DNA from: Candidatus Shapirobacteria bacterium
GTDB lineage: Bacteria; Patescibacteriota; Microgenomatia; UBA12405
Length of the DNA stretch: 57,031 nt
Assembly: GCA_041658955.1 (NCBI GenBank)
Contig: JBAZZE010000004.1
Span: forward strand, 1 to 57,031
Reading direction: 5' to 3'
Shown here: piece after piece, positions 45,547-54,666 of the stretch
Layout of the letters: every line of letters starts with the position of its first letter
How positions within the stretch are numbered: position 1 is the first letter of the stretch
The notes under the pieces: generated by a model
Databases searched by the model: none
What the model saw: only the letters and a program-made list of their open reading frames with translations
Told to the model about the DNA's origin: nothing
Translations under genes and position numbers: made by a program

Positions 45547-46029
45547 ATGTCACAATATAAAATTTCTCAAATTGGAACTGATAAAGTAAATGAGTTTTTT
45601 GAACTTTACAAAGTATTGGTGGGGACTGATTTTAAAGAATGGAGCGAAGAAGCTAAGAACAAGTGGTTAACTGAAGATTATGCACCAGAGTTTTGGAATA
45701 GGATTTTGAATAACGGTTGCCCGGTACTTGTGGCTTATGATGGTGACAAAATGGTGAGCTATATAGCTATCGAACACCTTACTTTTGGAGTGGCTTATCT
45801 TAGCTGGATGGGGACATTATCTGATTATCGGAAAAAAGGAATTACTCGAGAGTTGGTCGCCGAACTAGAAAATTGGTGTAAACAAAACAACATTCACAAA
45901 ATAGAATTGGAGACCCAAGTAACCGAGCTTCTCCCCTACTTTGAAAAACTAGGTTTTTCACTTGAGGGAGTTCGAAAAAATAGTTGGCAGAAATTAGATA
46001 ACTACATGTTTGGAAAAGATGTCAAATAA
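45547..46029 (+). CDS. GNAT N-acetyltransferase
   Basis: GTLSDYRKKGITRELV, FEKLGFSLEG. Confidence 0.85.
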   Translation: MSQYKISQIGTDKVNEFFELYKVLVGTDFKEWSEEAKNKWLTEDYAPEFWNRILNNGCPVLVAYDGDKMVSYIAIEHLTFGVAYLSWMGTLSDYRKKGITRELVAELENWCKQNNIHKIELETQVTELLPYFEKLGFSLEGVRKNSWQKLDNYMFGKDVK

Positions 46030-46534
46030 GACTGTAAAGATTTTTTCTGAACTATTATGGGGTGGTGAAAGATACAAGCTTGAATATACCGATCTCGATT
46101 CTTTTGATGAACTACCCTATGAAAAATGTGTTCAAGTCTATGGGGTTTGTTTTATGGAAGATAAGATTGTCATTGGACATGGTAGGACCAGTAAAACCGA
46201 TAGTGGTTGGAACCTAATCGGTGGTCATATAGAAAAAGGAGAAACTTTTGAGCAGACTTTACGTCGAGAAATAAAAGAAGAATCTAACATGGAACTATTG
46301 AACTACTTGCCGATTGGTGTTCAAAAAGTAACTGCCCCAAGTGGTGAATTTACTTATCAGTTACGATACGTTACCAAAGTAAGGCCTTTTGGTAAATTTA
46401 GGAATGATCCGGCAGGAAGTGTTACAGATATTATGTTGATTGATCCTAAAAATTATCGTCAGTATTTTGATTGGGGTGAAATTGGAGAAAGAATTATTTC
46501 CAGAGCGATAGAGGTAAAGAAGAGACTGCTATAA
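46010..46534 (+). CDS. NUDIX hydrolase
   Basis: WNLIGGHIEKGETFEQTLRREIKEES. Confidence 0.9.
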   Translation: MEKMSNKTVKIFSELLWGGERYKLEYTDLDSFDELPYEKCVQVYGVCFMEDKIVIGHGRTSKTDSGWNLIGGHIEKGETFEQTLRREIKEESNMELLNYLPIGVQKVTAPSGEFTYQLRYVTKVRPFGKFRNDPAGSVTDIMLIDPKNYRQYFDWGEIGERIISRAIEVKKRLL

Positions 46535-46542
46535 TTATTTGA

Positions 46543-47193
46543 ATGGAAACTACTCACATAAGTGACGTTGAGTTGGGAGAACTAGTAAAGACAACTTTGC
46601 CTCGGCTAATTTTTATTACCGGAAAAACCTGTACCGGTAAATCAACTTTTGCAAAAAGCATCATTCCATTGGGATATGAACATTTAGAACTAGATTTTGT
46701 AGTTCGGGAAAGTGTCGTGAATAAGTTTGAAGAGAGTAAGGGTGGAAAAGCATTTTCGGTTTATAAGGGTGAAGCACCCAAAGAGTGGCAAGACTCATTT
46801 GAAGCCGCAGCAAAAAAACTAATTGTCGAAAAATTGACGCAGTCAAAGGTAATTGTTGACGCGGCTCTGGCAACACCTGAAGTTGTGGGCAGAATATTTT
46901 CTGGAGAATTAGCTGACTTCATGTTCGTCTATCTTCATCCGTTTGACGCCACATTTTACAACGAATATATAATGGCCAGACTTATTAATGATATTGAAAC
47001 TATGGGAAGATCCTTCCCAATCTGGGATTTTATGACAGCTGAAGCGGTTGACGACTATCGTAGAAATGGTAAAGCGGGAGAAAAAATAATGAGGATCGTA
47101 AAAGAATATGGAGAACAGAGTATAAAGACTTCAGTGGAGAGATATGAAAGTTTTAAATCGGTGTACCCAAATATTTTATTAGTCGGTCGATAA
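46543..47193 (+). CDS. P-loop kinase-like protein
   Basis: IFITGKTCTGKST, VIVDA. Confidence 0.7.
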   Translation: METTHISDVELGELVKTTLPRLIFITGKTCTGKSTFAKSIIPLGYEHLELDFVVRESVVNKFEESKGGKAFSVYKGEAPKEWQDSFEAAAKKLIVEKLTQSKVIVDAALATPEVVGRIFSGELADFMFVYLHPFDATFYNEYIMARLINDIETMGRSFPIWDFMTAEAVDDYRRNGKAGEKIMRIVKEYGEQSIKTSVERYESFKSVYPNILLVGR

Positions 47194-47195
47194 TT

Positions 47196-47447
47196 ATGAA
47201 AAAAATGAACCTTAATCAATACATTTCGGCGATCATAGCTTTGGTGTTGGGGATATTAGTGGGTCAAAATATCGATCGGATAAGAGAATTTTTAATAATA
47301 AAACAACTTTCCCCTTCTAAAGTTTGCCAATATGATGGAAAGACTTATCAGTCAGGAGAGAGTTTTCGATCGACTGATGGTTGTAACAGTTGTGGTTGCA
47401 ACAATGGTGAAGTGGCTTGTACCCTAATGGCCTGTGGTCAGCCATAA
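47196..47447 (+). CDS. Small membrane-anchored protein with pacifastin/VWC-like six-Cys domain
   Basis: TM helix, then C...CNSCGCNNGEVACTLMAC. Confidence 0.75.
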   Translation: MKKMNLNQYISAIIALVLGILVGQNIDRIREFLIIKQLSPSKVCQYDGKTYQSGESFRSTDGCNSCGCNNGEVACTLMACGQP

Positions 47448-47453
47448 ATAATT

Positions 47454-47909
47454 ATGGATGATATAAAAATACACATTAACCAAATTGACGAATTGGATGA
47501 AGTATTGATTGTTGCCGATATTGTTTTTCAGCCAAACGATGAGGAAAAAGCAAAATATCATTTCAAAGATGATTGGCTGACTAAAATAAACAATGGGCTG
47601 ATGGTAACTGCCAGTATAAATAATAAGTTTGTTGGGTTTGCAATTTGTTATCAAAAAGAAAAGACACTCCATATTTGGAATGTGGGTGTACTTCCAGAGT
47701 ATCGAAAAAATGGGATATGGCAAAAAATGTATGAGGAAGTTTTGTCTTTTGCAACCGAGAATAAATTTTCTGGGCTAAGTTTAAATACCTATAAAGATAA
47801 GTTTCCAGGTATGTATAACTTCTGTCAGTCACATGGGTTTGAAGAATATAAAACTGAATTAGATCAACTTTCGGGAACTACTAAGTCAATGTTTTTAAAA
47901 AAAATGTAG
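47454..47909 (+). CDS. GNAT N-acetyltransferase
   Basis: WNVGVLPEYRKNGIW, FCQSHGF. Confidence 0.88.
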   Translation: MDDIKIHINQIDELDEVLIVADIVFQPNDEEKAKYHFKDDWLTKINNGLMVTASINNKFVGFAICYQKEKTLHIWNVGVLPEYRKNGIWQKMYEEVLSFATENKFSGLSLNTYKDKFPGMYNFCQSHGFEEYKTELDQLSGTTKSMFLKKM

Positions 47910-47933
47910 TCGGCCGTTTTGGTAGAATGTAGT

Positions 47934-48386
47934 ATGAAAGCACCAAATTTTGAACTCGCTGATCAGAATGGAATTATCCGTAAATTAACTGACTACAAAG
48001 GTAAGTGGGTCTTGGTTTATTTTTACCCAAAAGATGACACTCCGGGTTGTACCGTCGAGGCTTGTGGGCTTAGAGATAGTTATCATGAGTTGGAGGGGTT
48101 GGGTGTACAAGTGTTGGGTATTTCCAAAGATAGCGTCAAGTCTCATGAAAAGTTTTCCAAAAAGTATGAGCTAAATTTTCCAATTTTAAGTGACGAGTCG
48201 ACAGAGACTATAAAAGCCTTTGGAGCATGGGGTATGAAAAGTTTTATGGGACGAAAGTATGAGGGAATAAATCGAAAAAGTTATTTAGTTGATCCAGAGG
48301 GTGAGATAAGAAAAGAATACGACAAAGTGAATCCGACTATTCATGCTGCAGAAATAATTGAAGATGTTAAGTCATTTCAGAAGTAA
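47934..48386 (+). CDS. bcp: Peroxiredoxin Bcp/PrxQ
   Basis: YFYPKDDTPGCTVEAC, GISKD, RKSYLVD. Confidence 0.93.
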   Translation: MKAPNFELADQNGIIRKLTDYKGKWVLVYFYPKDDTPGCTVEACGLRDSYHELEGLGVQVLGISKDSVKSHEKFSKKYELNFPILSDESTETIKAFGAWGMKSFMGRKYEGINRKSYLVDPEGEIRKEYDKVNPTIHAAEIIEDVKSFQK

Positions 48387-48430
48387 TTGTTGGATATTAG
48401 TGCCAATATTGAGTTTGCTAAAATAGCGTT

Positions 48431-48736
48431 ATGATTACAGTGGTTTATAGAGTTGTAGCAAAAGAAGGCCAGTCTCGAAATCTCGAAAACATTATTTCAG
48501 ATTTTGTACAGTGTGCTCACGAAAGCCCGGATTGCATCTACTATACTTTTTTTAAATCAATTTCCAACTCGTTGGAGTATCTCGTTTATTACCGTTTCAC
48601 TACAAAACTGGCTCAAGATGAGCATATAAAGAATCTACAATCTAAAGTTGGACCGCCTAGAAATGGTCGTGATCTACCCGAAAAATTTTTAGACTTATTA
48701 GACCAAGAAGAGTTGGTTTTGTTTGAAGATAAATAA
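48431..48736 (+). CDS. Antibiotic biosynthesis monooxygenase (ABM)-like protein
   Basis: VVYRVVAKEGQ, ESPDCIYY, AQDEH. Confidence 0.65.
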   Translation: MITVVYRVVAKEGQSRNLENIISDFVQCAHESPDCIYYTFFKSISNSLEYLVYYRFTTKLAQDEHIKNLQSKVGPPRNGRDLPEKFLDLLDQEELVLFEDK

Positions 48737-48999
48737 TGAAAGGATTCGTTGTTTATATTTTGCGGACATCGGGAGATACCTTATACACTGGCCAGACAAA
48801 TGATTTAGAAAAAAGACTAGAGCAACATCGAAAGGGAAAAGTTGGAGCAAAATATCTTAGAATGTTTACCTCATTTAAACTGGTTTATAGTGAAAAAGTA
48901 GCAAGTCTGTCTGAAGCACTAAAAAGAGAAAGTGAGGTTAAGAAAATGAGTAAATCAACTAAAGAGGATTTGGTAAAATTGGCAAATGATAAAAATTAG
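48736..48999 (+). CDS. GIY-YIG nuclease (UPF0213/YhbQ-like)
   Basis: VYIL...LYTGQTNDLEKRLEQH, GAKY, ALKRESEVK. Confidence 0.9.
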   Translation: MKGFVVYILRTSGDTLYTGQTNDLEKRLEQHRKGKVGAKYLRMFTSFKLVYSEKVASLSEALKRESEVKKMSKSTKEDLVKLANDKN

Positions 49000-49396
49000 A
49001 GCCTACCAAGAACAAGATTATCCAAAACTTAAAGAGTTGCTGACTGGTGCTGGTCTTTTTGATGCTACTTGGGAGTCGGAAGACAATCTAAAGAAAATGC
49101 GAAGTGTATTGGCAGTTGATGAAGAAAAGATTGTAGGTAATGTTTTTGTAGTTCCTTATGGTGCTACAGTGGTGATTATTTTTAGATTGGCGGTTGCTGT
49201 GGATTATCGTAATCAAGGAATTGCCACAATGCTACTCGATTACGTAACTGATATGGTCAAAAAAGAGGGCGTAAAAGAGATTGGTCTGTTTGTCGATAAT
49301 GATAAACAAGATCTCCATAAATTTTATGCCAAAAGAGGGTTCAATAGCTCGACTACTGAGTCAGAATTTGTAGTAATGTGGAAACCGCTTACTTAG
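48986..49396 (+). CDS. GNAT N-acetyltransferase
   Basis: LAVAVDYRNQGIATMLL, FYAKRGF. Confidence 0.88.
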   Translation: MIKIRAYQEQDYPKLKELLTGAGLFDATWESEDNLKKMRSVLAVDEEKIVGNVFVVPYGATVVIIFRLAVAVDYRNQGIATMLLDYVTDMVKKEGVKEIGLFVDNDKQDLHKFYAKRGFNSSTTESEFVVMWKPLT

Positions 49397-49610
49397 TGGT
49401 AGGAAGAGGTTGTGTGGCAGCAGATGGTGAAGCCGTGACCGCTGAAGGACTGGCAACTACAGGTGTTGGTAGAACTAAAGTTTGAGATTCTAATCTTTTT
49501 AAAACGGTCCAATCAATACTTTTATAAGAAATTACTCCAGCATAAGTTAGTAATCCCAAAAATATTACAATCAGGGTTATGCCAATTGGGTCAAGTGACG
49601 GTTGCTTCAT
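49389..49610 (-). CDS. Small membrane protein with Pro/Ser/Thr tail
   Basis: One TM helix, PTPVVASPSAVTASPS tail. Confidence 0.55.
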   Translation of the reverse strand: MKQPSLDPIGITLIVIFLGLLTYAGVISYKSIDWTVLKRLESQTLVLPTPVVASPSAVTASPSAATQPLPTTK

Positions 49611-49614
49611 TGAA

Positions 49615-50952
49615 TTATTTTATCCTAGAAATGGTGTAAGAGGTAGGGAACTCGAGAAAGATAGCTGGAGATTCTTCCAATAGAAATTTCTGAAAGTCGG
49701 TATATATTTGTTTACGTTCAACGGGGTTGGCACTAAGCCGTCCTTCTTCCAAAAGTTTGTCGATACGAGAGTTGTTAAAGTGAGTAATATTGGTATTTGT
49801 TTGGGTCGAATGCCAGAAAGGATACTGATCAGGATCGTGAGGAATTATGCCGTAAGTAAGGATAGCTTCGTATTCGTTTAGATCTGGTTTCTGATTTTCG
49901 ATAGAAATTTCGGCGGTGATACCTAGATTTTCCAACCAGCTTTTTTTAATATTTTCGGCAGTTGAGAGAAGCTCCCGGTCGGTGACGGATAGTTTTATGG
50001 TGGTGGGGTGGTCTTTATCGAGAAGTTCTTTGGCACGGGTGGGATTGTAGTTGTAGGGTTTAATATTGGGATTATAAGCCCAAGAATTTGGAGCGATAGG
50101 ACCAAGGGTCCTTTTGTTATTATCATCGGTTTTAGGGGTAGCATAGGCTAGTGATTGGCGGAGTGTCTTACTACCCAATTTGTTAGTGTTTAGAAAAATG
50201 GCTAAGTATTTTTGGGTGGAAACAGATGGATTAACTTTAATTTTTGACCATGAAGTAGCGTAATCATCAAGTGACGAGGTGGTGATCTGATTGACCTCAC
50301 CCAACTTAAAGGCGTTCATCAAGTCAGTACCATTTGGGTAAAAATGGTAGGTTATTTGATCACGATGATCTTTGGTGGAGGTTAGGTGGATGGTTTTTAT
50401 AAAACCATCTTGATAAGTAGTTTTGGTAACTTTGTATTCACCGATACCAATTAAACTTTTGTTGTAAAAGAGTGGTTGACTAAGGATAGATAGTAAAGGT
50501 GAAAATGGAGTTTGGAGAGTAAGTACTAAAACATTTGCTGATTTGTGAGTAACGGTAGTACCAGCAATTTCAATCGATAGATCCGAAGTGCGAAACTTGC
50601 GACCGTTATGCCAGTAGAGATCGTCTTTAAAATAAAAGGTGTAATTTAGATTGCCTTCATCAACTTCGAGTTTCTCAATAATCGGTGAAGTGATGGCCTT
50701 TTCGTTTTGGGTGAGTGAAGTGATGCCATGACTTATCTTATTAGAAACTTCCGCTGGGAGGTTGGCTATAGAATAAAGTCCTTCGATGCCAATATCGGTC
50801 CGTCGGTAACTAAGATCACTGACCAATTGAATTATGAGACTTCGCTTGGCATATAAAAAAGAGCCAAAAATCAGACCGAGTATGATCACCGGTGCATAGG
50901 TACGAAGATAGTATATAAAATACTCGATAAAAAAACGGACTTTTTTTGGCAA
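49615..50952 (-). CDS. ABC transporter family-5 solute-binding protein (OppA-like)
   Basis: YWHNG, LRQSLAYA, LGPIAPNSWAY, YNPTRAKELL, YPFWHS, FQKFLLEESPAIF. Confidence 0.85.
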   Translation of the reverse strand: MPKKVRFFIEYFIYYLRTYAPVIILGLIFGSFLYAKRSLIIQLVSDLSYRRTDIGIEGLYSIANLPAEVSNKISHGITSLTQNEKAITSPIIEKLEVDEGNLNYTFYFKDDLYWHNGRKFRTSDLSIEIAGTTVTHKSANVLVLTLQTPFSPLLSILSQPLFYNKSLIGIGEYKVTKTTYQDGFIKTIHLTSTKDHRDQITYHFYPNGTDLMNAFKLGEVNQITTSSLDDYATSWSKIKVNPSVSTQKYLAIFLNTNKLGSKTLRQSLAYATPKTDDNNKRTLGPIAPNSWAYNPNIKPYNYNPTRAKELLDKDHPTTIKLSVTDRELLSTAENIKKSWLENLGITAEISIENQKPDLNEYEAILTYGIIPHDPDQYPFWHSTQTNTNITHFNNSRIDKLLEEGRLSANPVERKQIYTDFQKFLLEESPAIFLEFPTSYTISRIK

Positions 50953-50959
50953 GTTGTTT

Positions 50960-51172
50960 TTAAATTGCTGTTTGAATAATTGAAGAAATTAGGAACAATA
51001 CTAAAACGCCGATGGTGGCAAAATAAACAGCTTTTTCCAACCCTCTTTTTTGAAAAGTGGTGGTTGATAAAATATTCGAGCGAGAATCACTGTCATCCCC
51101 TGACTGGAGAAAGATGAGACCAGTGAGTGCTACTGATAAAACTATCTGAAAAACGGTAAGTGCAGTATTCAT
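50960..51172 (-). CDS. secG: Preprotein translocase subunit SecG
   Basis: Two TM helices, LIFLQS, RGLEK. Confidence 0.8.
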   Translation of the reverse strand: MNTALTVFQIVLSVALTGLIFLQSGDDSDSRSNILSTTTFQKRGLEKAVYFATIGVLVLFLISSIIQTAI

Positions 51173-51588
51173 TTTTTTTCCTTTTTTGTTTTTAAAATAA
51201 ACTTAAATATATATAGCAGAAAACTATTGGAAGTGGAATTTAGAAGATGAGCCCAAAAACCGACTAGATTGATGGCGGGAATCTGAATTCCCTGGATGGT
51301 AACTGGTAAAGTATGGATTGGACCAACGATAAAATCAGCTAAAACAAAGGCTGCTAAATAAAAGCCAACCGTGTTAATAACTATACGGAATAATCCTAAT
51401 GTCAGTACATTAATGGGGAACAACAATATTTTAATAATTGGTTTTAAAATAAGTTCAAAAATTGATAAAACCAAAGCGACTTTAAGAACACTAAGAATTG
51501 GTGTTTGAAACTGGAGGTTCCCCCAAAGTTGATTTTGGGTTACTAGGGCAAATGATATAAGTAGGGTTAACTTGAGTATTTTTTTCAT
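51169..51588 (-). CDS. 4-TM holin-like membrane protein (YvlD/DUF360)
   Basis: LKPIIKILLFPINVLTLGLFRIVIN. Confidence 0.82.
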   Translation of the reverse strand: MKKILKLTLLISFALVTQNQLWGNLQFQTPILSVLKVALVLSIFELILKPIIKILLFPINVLTLGLFRIVINTVGFYLAAFVLADFIVGPIHTLPVTIQGIQIPAINLVGFWAHLLNSTSNSFLLYIFKFILKTKKEKK

Positions 51589-53333
51589 TTTTTCTTTGGT
51601 GCAGTTGTAAGTATTATACCGCCAATACATAGGATGAAGATAGCTACACCGGCGGTAATTGCTAAGTTTAGGTAATGATCGCGATTGATTATGGTTTTGA
51701 CAACTTTTCCGTCAGAAGTAGAAATTTCAAATTTAAAGTTTGAGTTTTTGGATAGAAGAGAATTGATAAAAGAAGTTTTGGGAATACTGATAGTTTCTTT
51801 CCCTAAAGGAGGTAATGTTTTGGTAGAAAATTCTTGCGACAAATTTTGAAGATTAATTTGAGTAGGAGGAAGGGCAAAAAGGTTGGGGTTGCGAATTACT
51901 AGTTGATTGTTTTCGACTTCGATTACTGGGCTTTGAAGTTGAGGGTTGAGCGAATCAGAGGCAAAGTCAACAAAAACCGTTTTGGAGAGATTGTCTTTTT
52001 TATATGCCCCTGGAGGAGCTGGGTTTTCACTACTTTTCCCATGGATTACAAAAGTGATGTGGTTTAGGTCCAGTTCCTTAAAAAAATCGATACCATTAGT
52101 AGTTTTTTCCCAAGTGGGATCGACTTGAATCCAAGTCTTAGTATTCGAATCATAATACTCAGGCCAAGCATGAAGAATGTCAGCGCCAAGATTAGTTGGT
52201 TTTATTTTGGGGTTATTACTATAAGCAAACCCTTCAATTTCCCGAGCCGGTATCTTGGCGGACCTGGCCAAAGTAACAAAAAGATCGGTAAATTCGGTAC
52301 AGAGTGATTTTGATGGATTGAGAATTGCGGTTTGTCCACCTTTTCGACTAGCAGAATTGATCAGATCATAATCGTAAGTTAGGGTGGAGACGACATAGTC
52401 GTAAATTGATTTGGGAGTATTTAGGGTGTTGGAAATAATAGAAATGTCTGGCGAATCGACCTCCCAATATTTTTGGGCAGTGGTGTAAGCTGATGGATCT
52501 ATTGACACAGGCTGTTTGATTGAGGGATGAATTTTGGCTTGTCCCTCAATGGTTATCTCGACATCCAAAGATGGGTTTACAAAAAAAGAAGCCAACCAGT
52601 TGCCATCTTCATCGATGCGAACAGACTGAGGTTTGGGGTTGAAATCTTTATAAATAATTGTTTGAAGGTTGGTATCTGGAGGAATGGGAATCTCCATGTT
52701 TTTAGGTGCTGAATCGGGATTCTTTAAATAATAAAGTAATTTAAAATCGAAGACCTGATTGTTTCCAAAAACCAACAGTGGCTTACTTTTACTGGACGAG
52801 GGCGAGAACTCGATTATGGTGCGATTGTCGACGAGGTGATTGTTTTGAATCGGAATGGAAGCAAAGGACAGGTCCCCAAAGGATCCGGGAATACTTAAAG
52901 TAATATTGAGCTTGGCGGTGGGGATTTGGTTCTCAAATTGAGGAAAAAGTAGCTCCCAGGTACTCCCCTTTTTTTGAGCAAACTTAGAAATAGTATATTC
53001 GAGGAAAAAATTGTTTTGCTGATCTTTACCAATAGTTGGTTGATCAAATTGTAAATTAATAGTAGTTTTGTCTAGTTCGGGGACAACAGACTTAACGATA
53101 TTGCCGTGTTTGTCGTGGCCTGTAACTGATTGAATATTGGTGTTGTGGATTACTATTTGATATTCCTTGGCGTATATCTGGGAGATTCTATTGGTTAAGC
53201 TAATGTCGTGACTAACCTTGGCATCGCCTTGTAAATTGACTTCGTAGCTAATATTTTGGATGACATCAAATTCGTTGCTGGCAAAAACATTACTCGGGAA
53301 AAAGAGCGCGAGAATAATAATGAGTAAGAACAT
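51585..53333 (-). CDS. Secreted transglutaminase-like domain protein
   Basis: Signal peptide; SLCTEFTDLF, HAWPEYY, WIQVDPTW triad; C-terminal TM. Confidence 0.88.
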   Translation of the reverse strand: MFLLIIILALFFPSNVFASNEFDVIQNISYEVNLQGDAKVSHDISLTNRISQIYAKEYQIVIHNTNIQSVTGHDKHGNIVKSVVPELDKTTINLQFDQPTIGKDQQNNFFLEYTISKFAQKKGSTWELLFPQFENQIPTAKLNITLSIPGSFGDLSFASIPIQNNHLVDNRTIIEFSPSSSKSKPLLVFGNNQVFDFKLLYYLKNPDSAPKNMEIPIPPDTNLQTIIYKDFNPKPQSVRIDEDGNWLASFFVNPSLDVEITIEGQAKIHPSIKQPVSIDPSAYTTAQKYWEVDSPDISIISNTLNTPKSIYDYVVSTLTYDYDLINSASRKGGQTAILNPSKSLCTEFTDLFVTLARSAKIPAREIEGFAYSNNPKIKPTNLGADILHAWPEYYDSNTKTWIQVDPTWEKTTNGIDFFKELDLNHITFVIHGKSSENPAPPGAYKKDNLSKTVFVDFASDSLNPQLQSPVIEVENNQLVIRNPNLFALPPTQINLQNLSQEFSTKTLPPLGKETISIPKTSFINSLLSKNSNFKFEISTSDGKVVKTIINRDHYLNLAITAGVAIFILCIGGIILTTAPKKK

Positions 53334-53399
53334 GATTGATTTAATATATCATCGTTTTTAGTGGATTGACTTCGGGTATTATTCGTGTAATATCAATTT

Positions 53400-54020
53400 A
53401 TGACTGCAATTTTGTACAAAAGACAGAAACAAATTCTTGATTATATTAATGAGAATATCAGCAAGTATTCCTGTGCTCCGACACTTACCGAGATAGCGGC
53501 TCATTTAGGGTTATCATCTTTGGCTACGGTTCATGAGCATTTGGCTGTTTTAGAAAAAAAAGGATTAATTCGTCGTTATCGGGGTGCGGTTCGAGGGATT
53601 GAAGTTGTTGATGCTGAACTACCAATGAACACCCAGGGACTTATGGAACTACCAGTGCTGGGGTTTATTGCTTGCGGTGCACCTCTTGAGCCGTATACTG
53701 ACCCAAATGCGACGCTATTGGTTAGCGCTGGTGTAGTTAAGCCAGGATATAAATCATACGTATTACAAGCAAAGGGTGATTCCATGATTGATGATGGAAT
53801 ATTGAATGGTGATTATCTGGTTATTAAAGAACAACGCGAGGCCAACAATGGTGACATTGTAGTAGCAGTTCTAAAAAATGGTTTTGCGACTCTGAAGCGA
53901 TATTACAAGGAAGTTGGTCGGATTAGACTACAACCAGCAAACTCAACTATGTCACCGATGTATGTCCGGGAAGTAGAAATTCGCGGAAAAGTAATTCAAG
54001 TTATTCGCCAATTTAACTAA
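53400..54020 (+). CDS. lexA: LexA repressor
   Basis: RQKQILDYI, PTLTEIA, LEKKGLI, IACG, KGDSM (Ser), TLKRY (Lys). Confidence 0.95.
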   Translation: MTAILYKRQKQILDYINENISKYSCAPTLTEIAAHLGLSSLATVHEHLAVLEKKGLIRRYRGAVRGIEVVDAELPMNTQGLMELPVLGFIACGAPLEPYTDPNATLLVSAGVVKPGYKSYVLQAKGDSMIDDGILNGDYLVIKEQREANNGDIVVAVLKNGFATLKRYYKEVGRIRLQPANSTMSPMYVREVEIRGKVIQVIRQFN

Positions 54021-54022
54021 TC

Positions 54023-54661
54023 GTGCTCTACATAATTTCAACACCAATTGGAAACTTGGGTGATATTACCCGAAGGGCTATTGAAGTCCTAGAGGAGATT
54101 GATGTATTACTTTGCGAGGATACTCGGAAGACTGGTCTACTACTTTCTAGTCTAAACATTGGTAACAAACCAAAACTAGTTTCATTTTATGATGAGGTGG
54201 AACGACAGAAAATCCCCCAAGTAATTGACATGCTAAAAGAAGGTTTGGAAGTTGGACTAGTGACTGATGCAGGAACTCCTCTAATTTCTGACCCTGGGTG
54301 GTTGCTTATTAAAAAATGTCAGGAATTGGGCTTACCATATACTGCCCTACCCGGTCCGAGTGCAGTGATTAATGCTTTAGTGTTGTCTGGTTTGCCGGCG
54401 GCTCGTTTTTGTTTTTTGGGTTTCTTACCCAAAAAGATCGGTGATATTAAAAAAATAATCAATAAATATAAAGATTTTGAGGGTACAAAAATTGTTTACG
54501 AATCCCCTCTTCGGGTCAAAAAGACTTTGGCTGTTATCCGTGAAATTGTTGGTGTCGATACCGAAATTAAAGTAATCCGGGAAATGACCAAAAAATTTGA
54601 AGAAGTAAGCGACGGATCGGTAGGTGAAATCCGTGGCGAAGTGGTACTGGTTTGGAACTAG
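54023..54661 (+). CDS. rsmI: 16S rRNA (cytidine1402-2'-O)-methyltransferase
   Basis: LYIISTPIGNLGDIT, EDTR, DAGTPLISDPG, YESP, REMTKKFEE. Confidence 0.93.
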   Translation: MLYIISTPIGNLGDITRRAIEVLEEIDVLLCEDTRKTGLLLSSLNIGNKPKLVSFYDEVERQKIPQVIDMLKEGLEVGLVTDAGTPLISDPGWLLIKKCQELGLPYTALPGPSAVINALVLSGLPAARFCFLGFLPKKIGDIKKIINKYKDFEGTKIVYESPLRVKKTLAVIREIVGVDTEIKVIREMTKKFEEVSDGSVGEIRGEVVLVWN

Positions 54662-54666
54662 CTAGA

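Noticed and set aside
51169-51588. Prophage suggested by a holin-family gene
   Set aside because: YvlD-like gene in a secG housekeeping context; no structural or lysis phage genes
53360-53399. LexA box upstream of lexA (CGGGTATTATTCG)
   Set aside because: Only weak dyad symmetry and no second copy found, including at the ICE promoter
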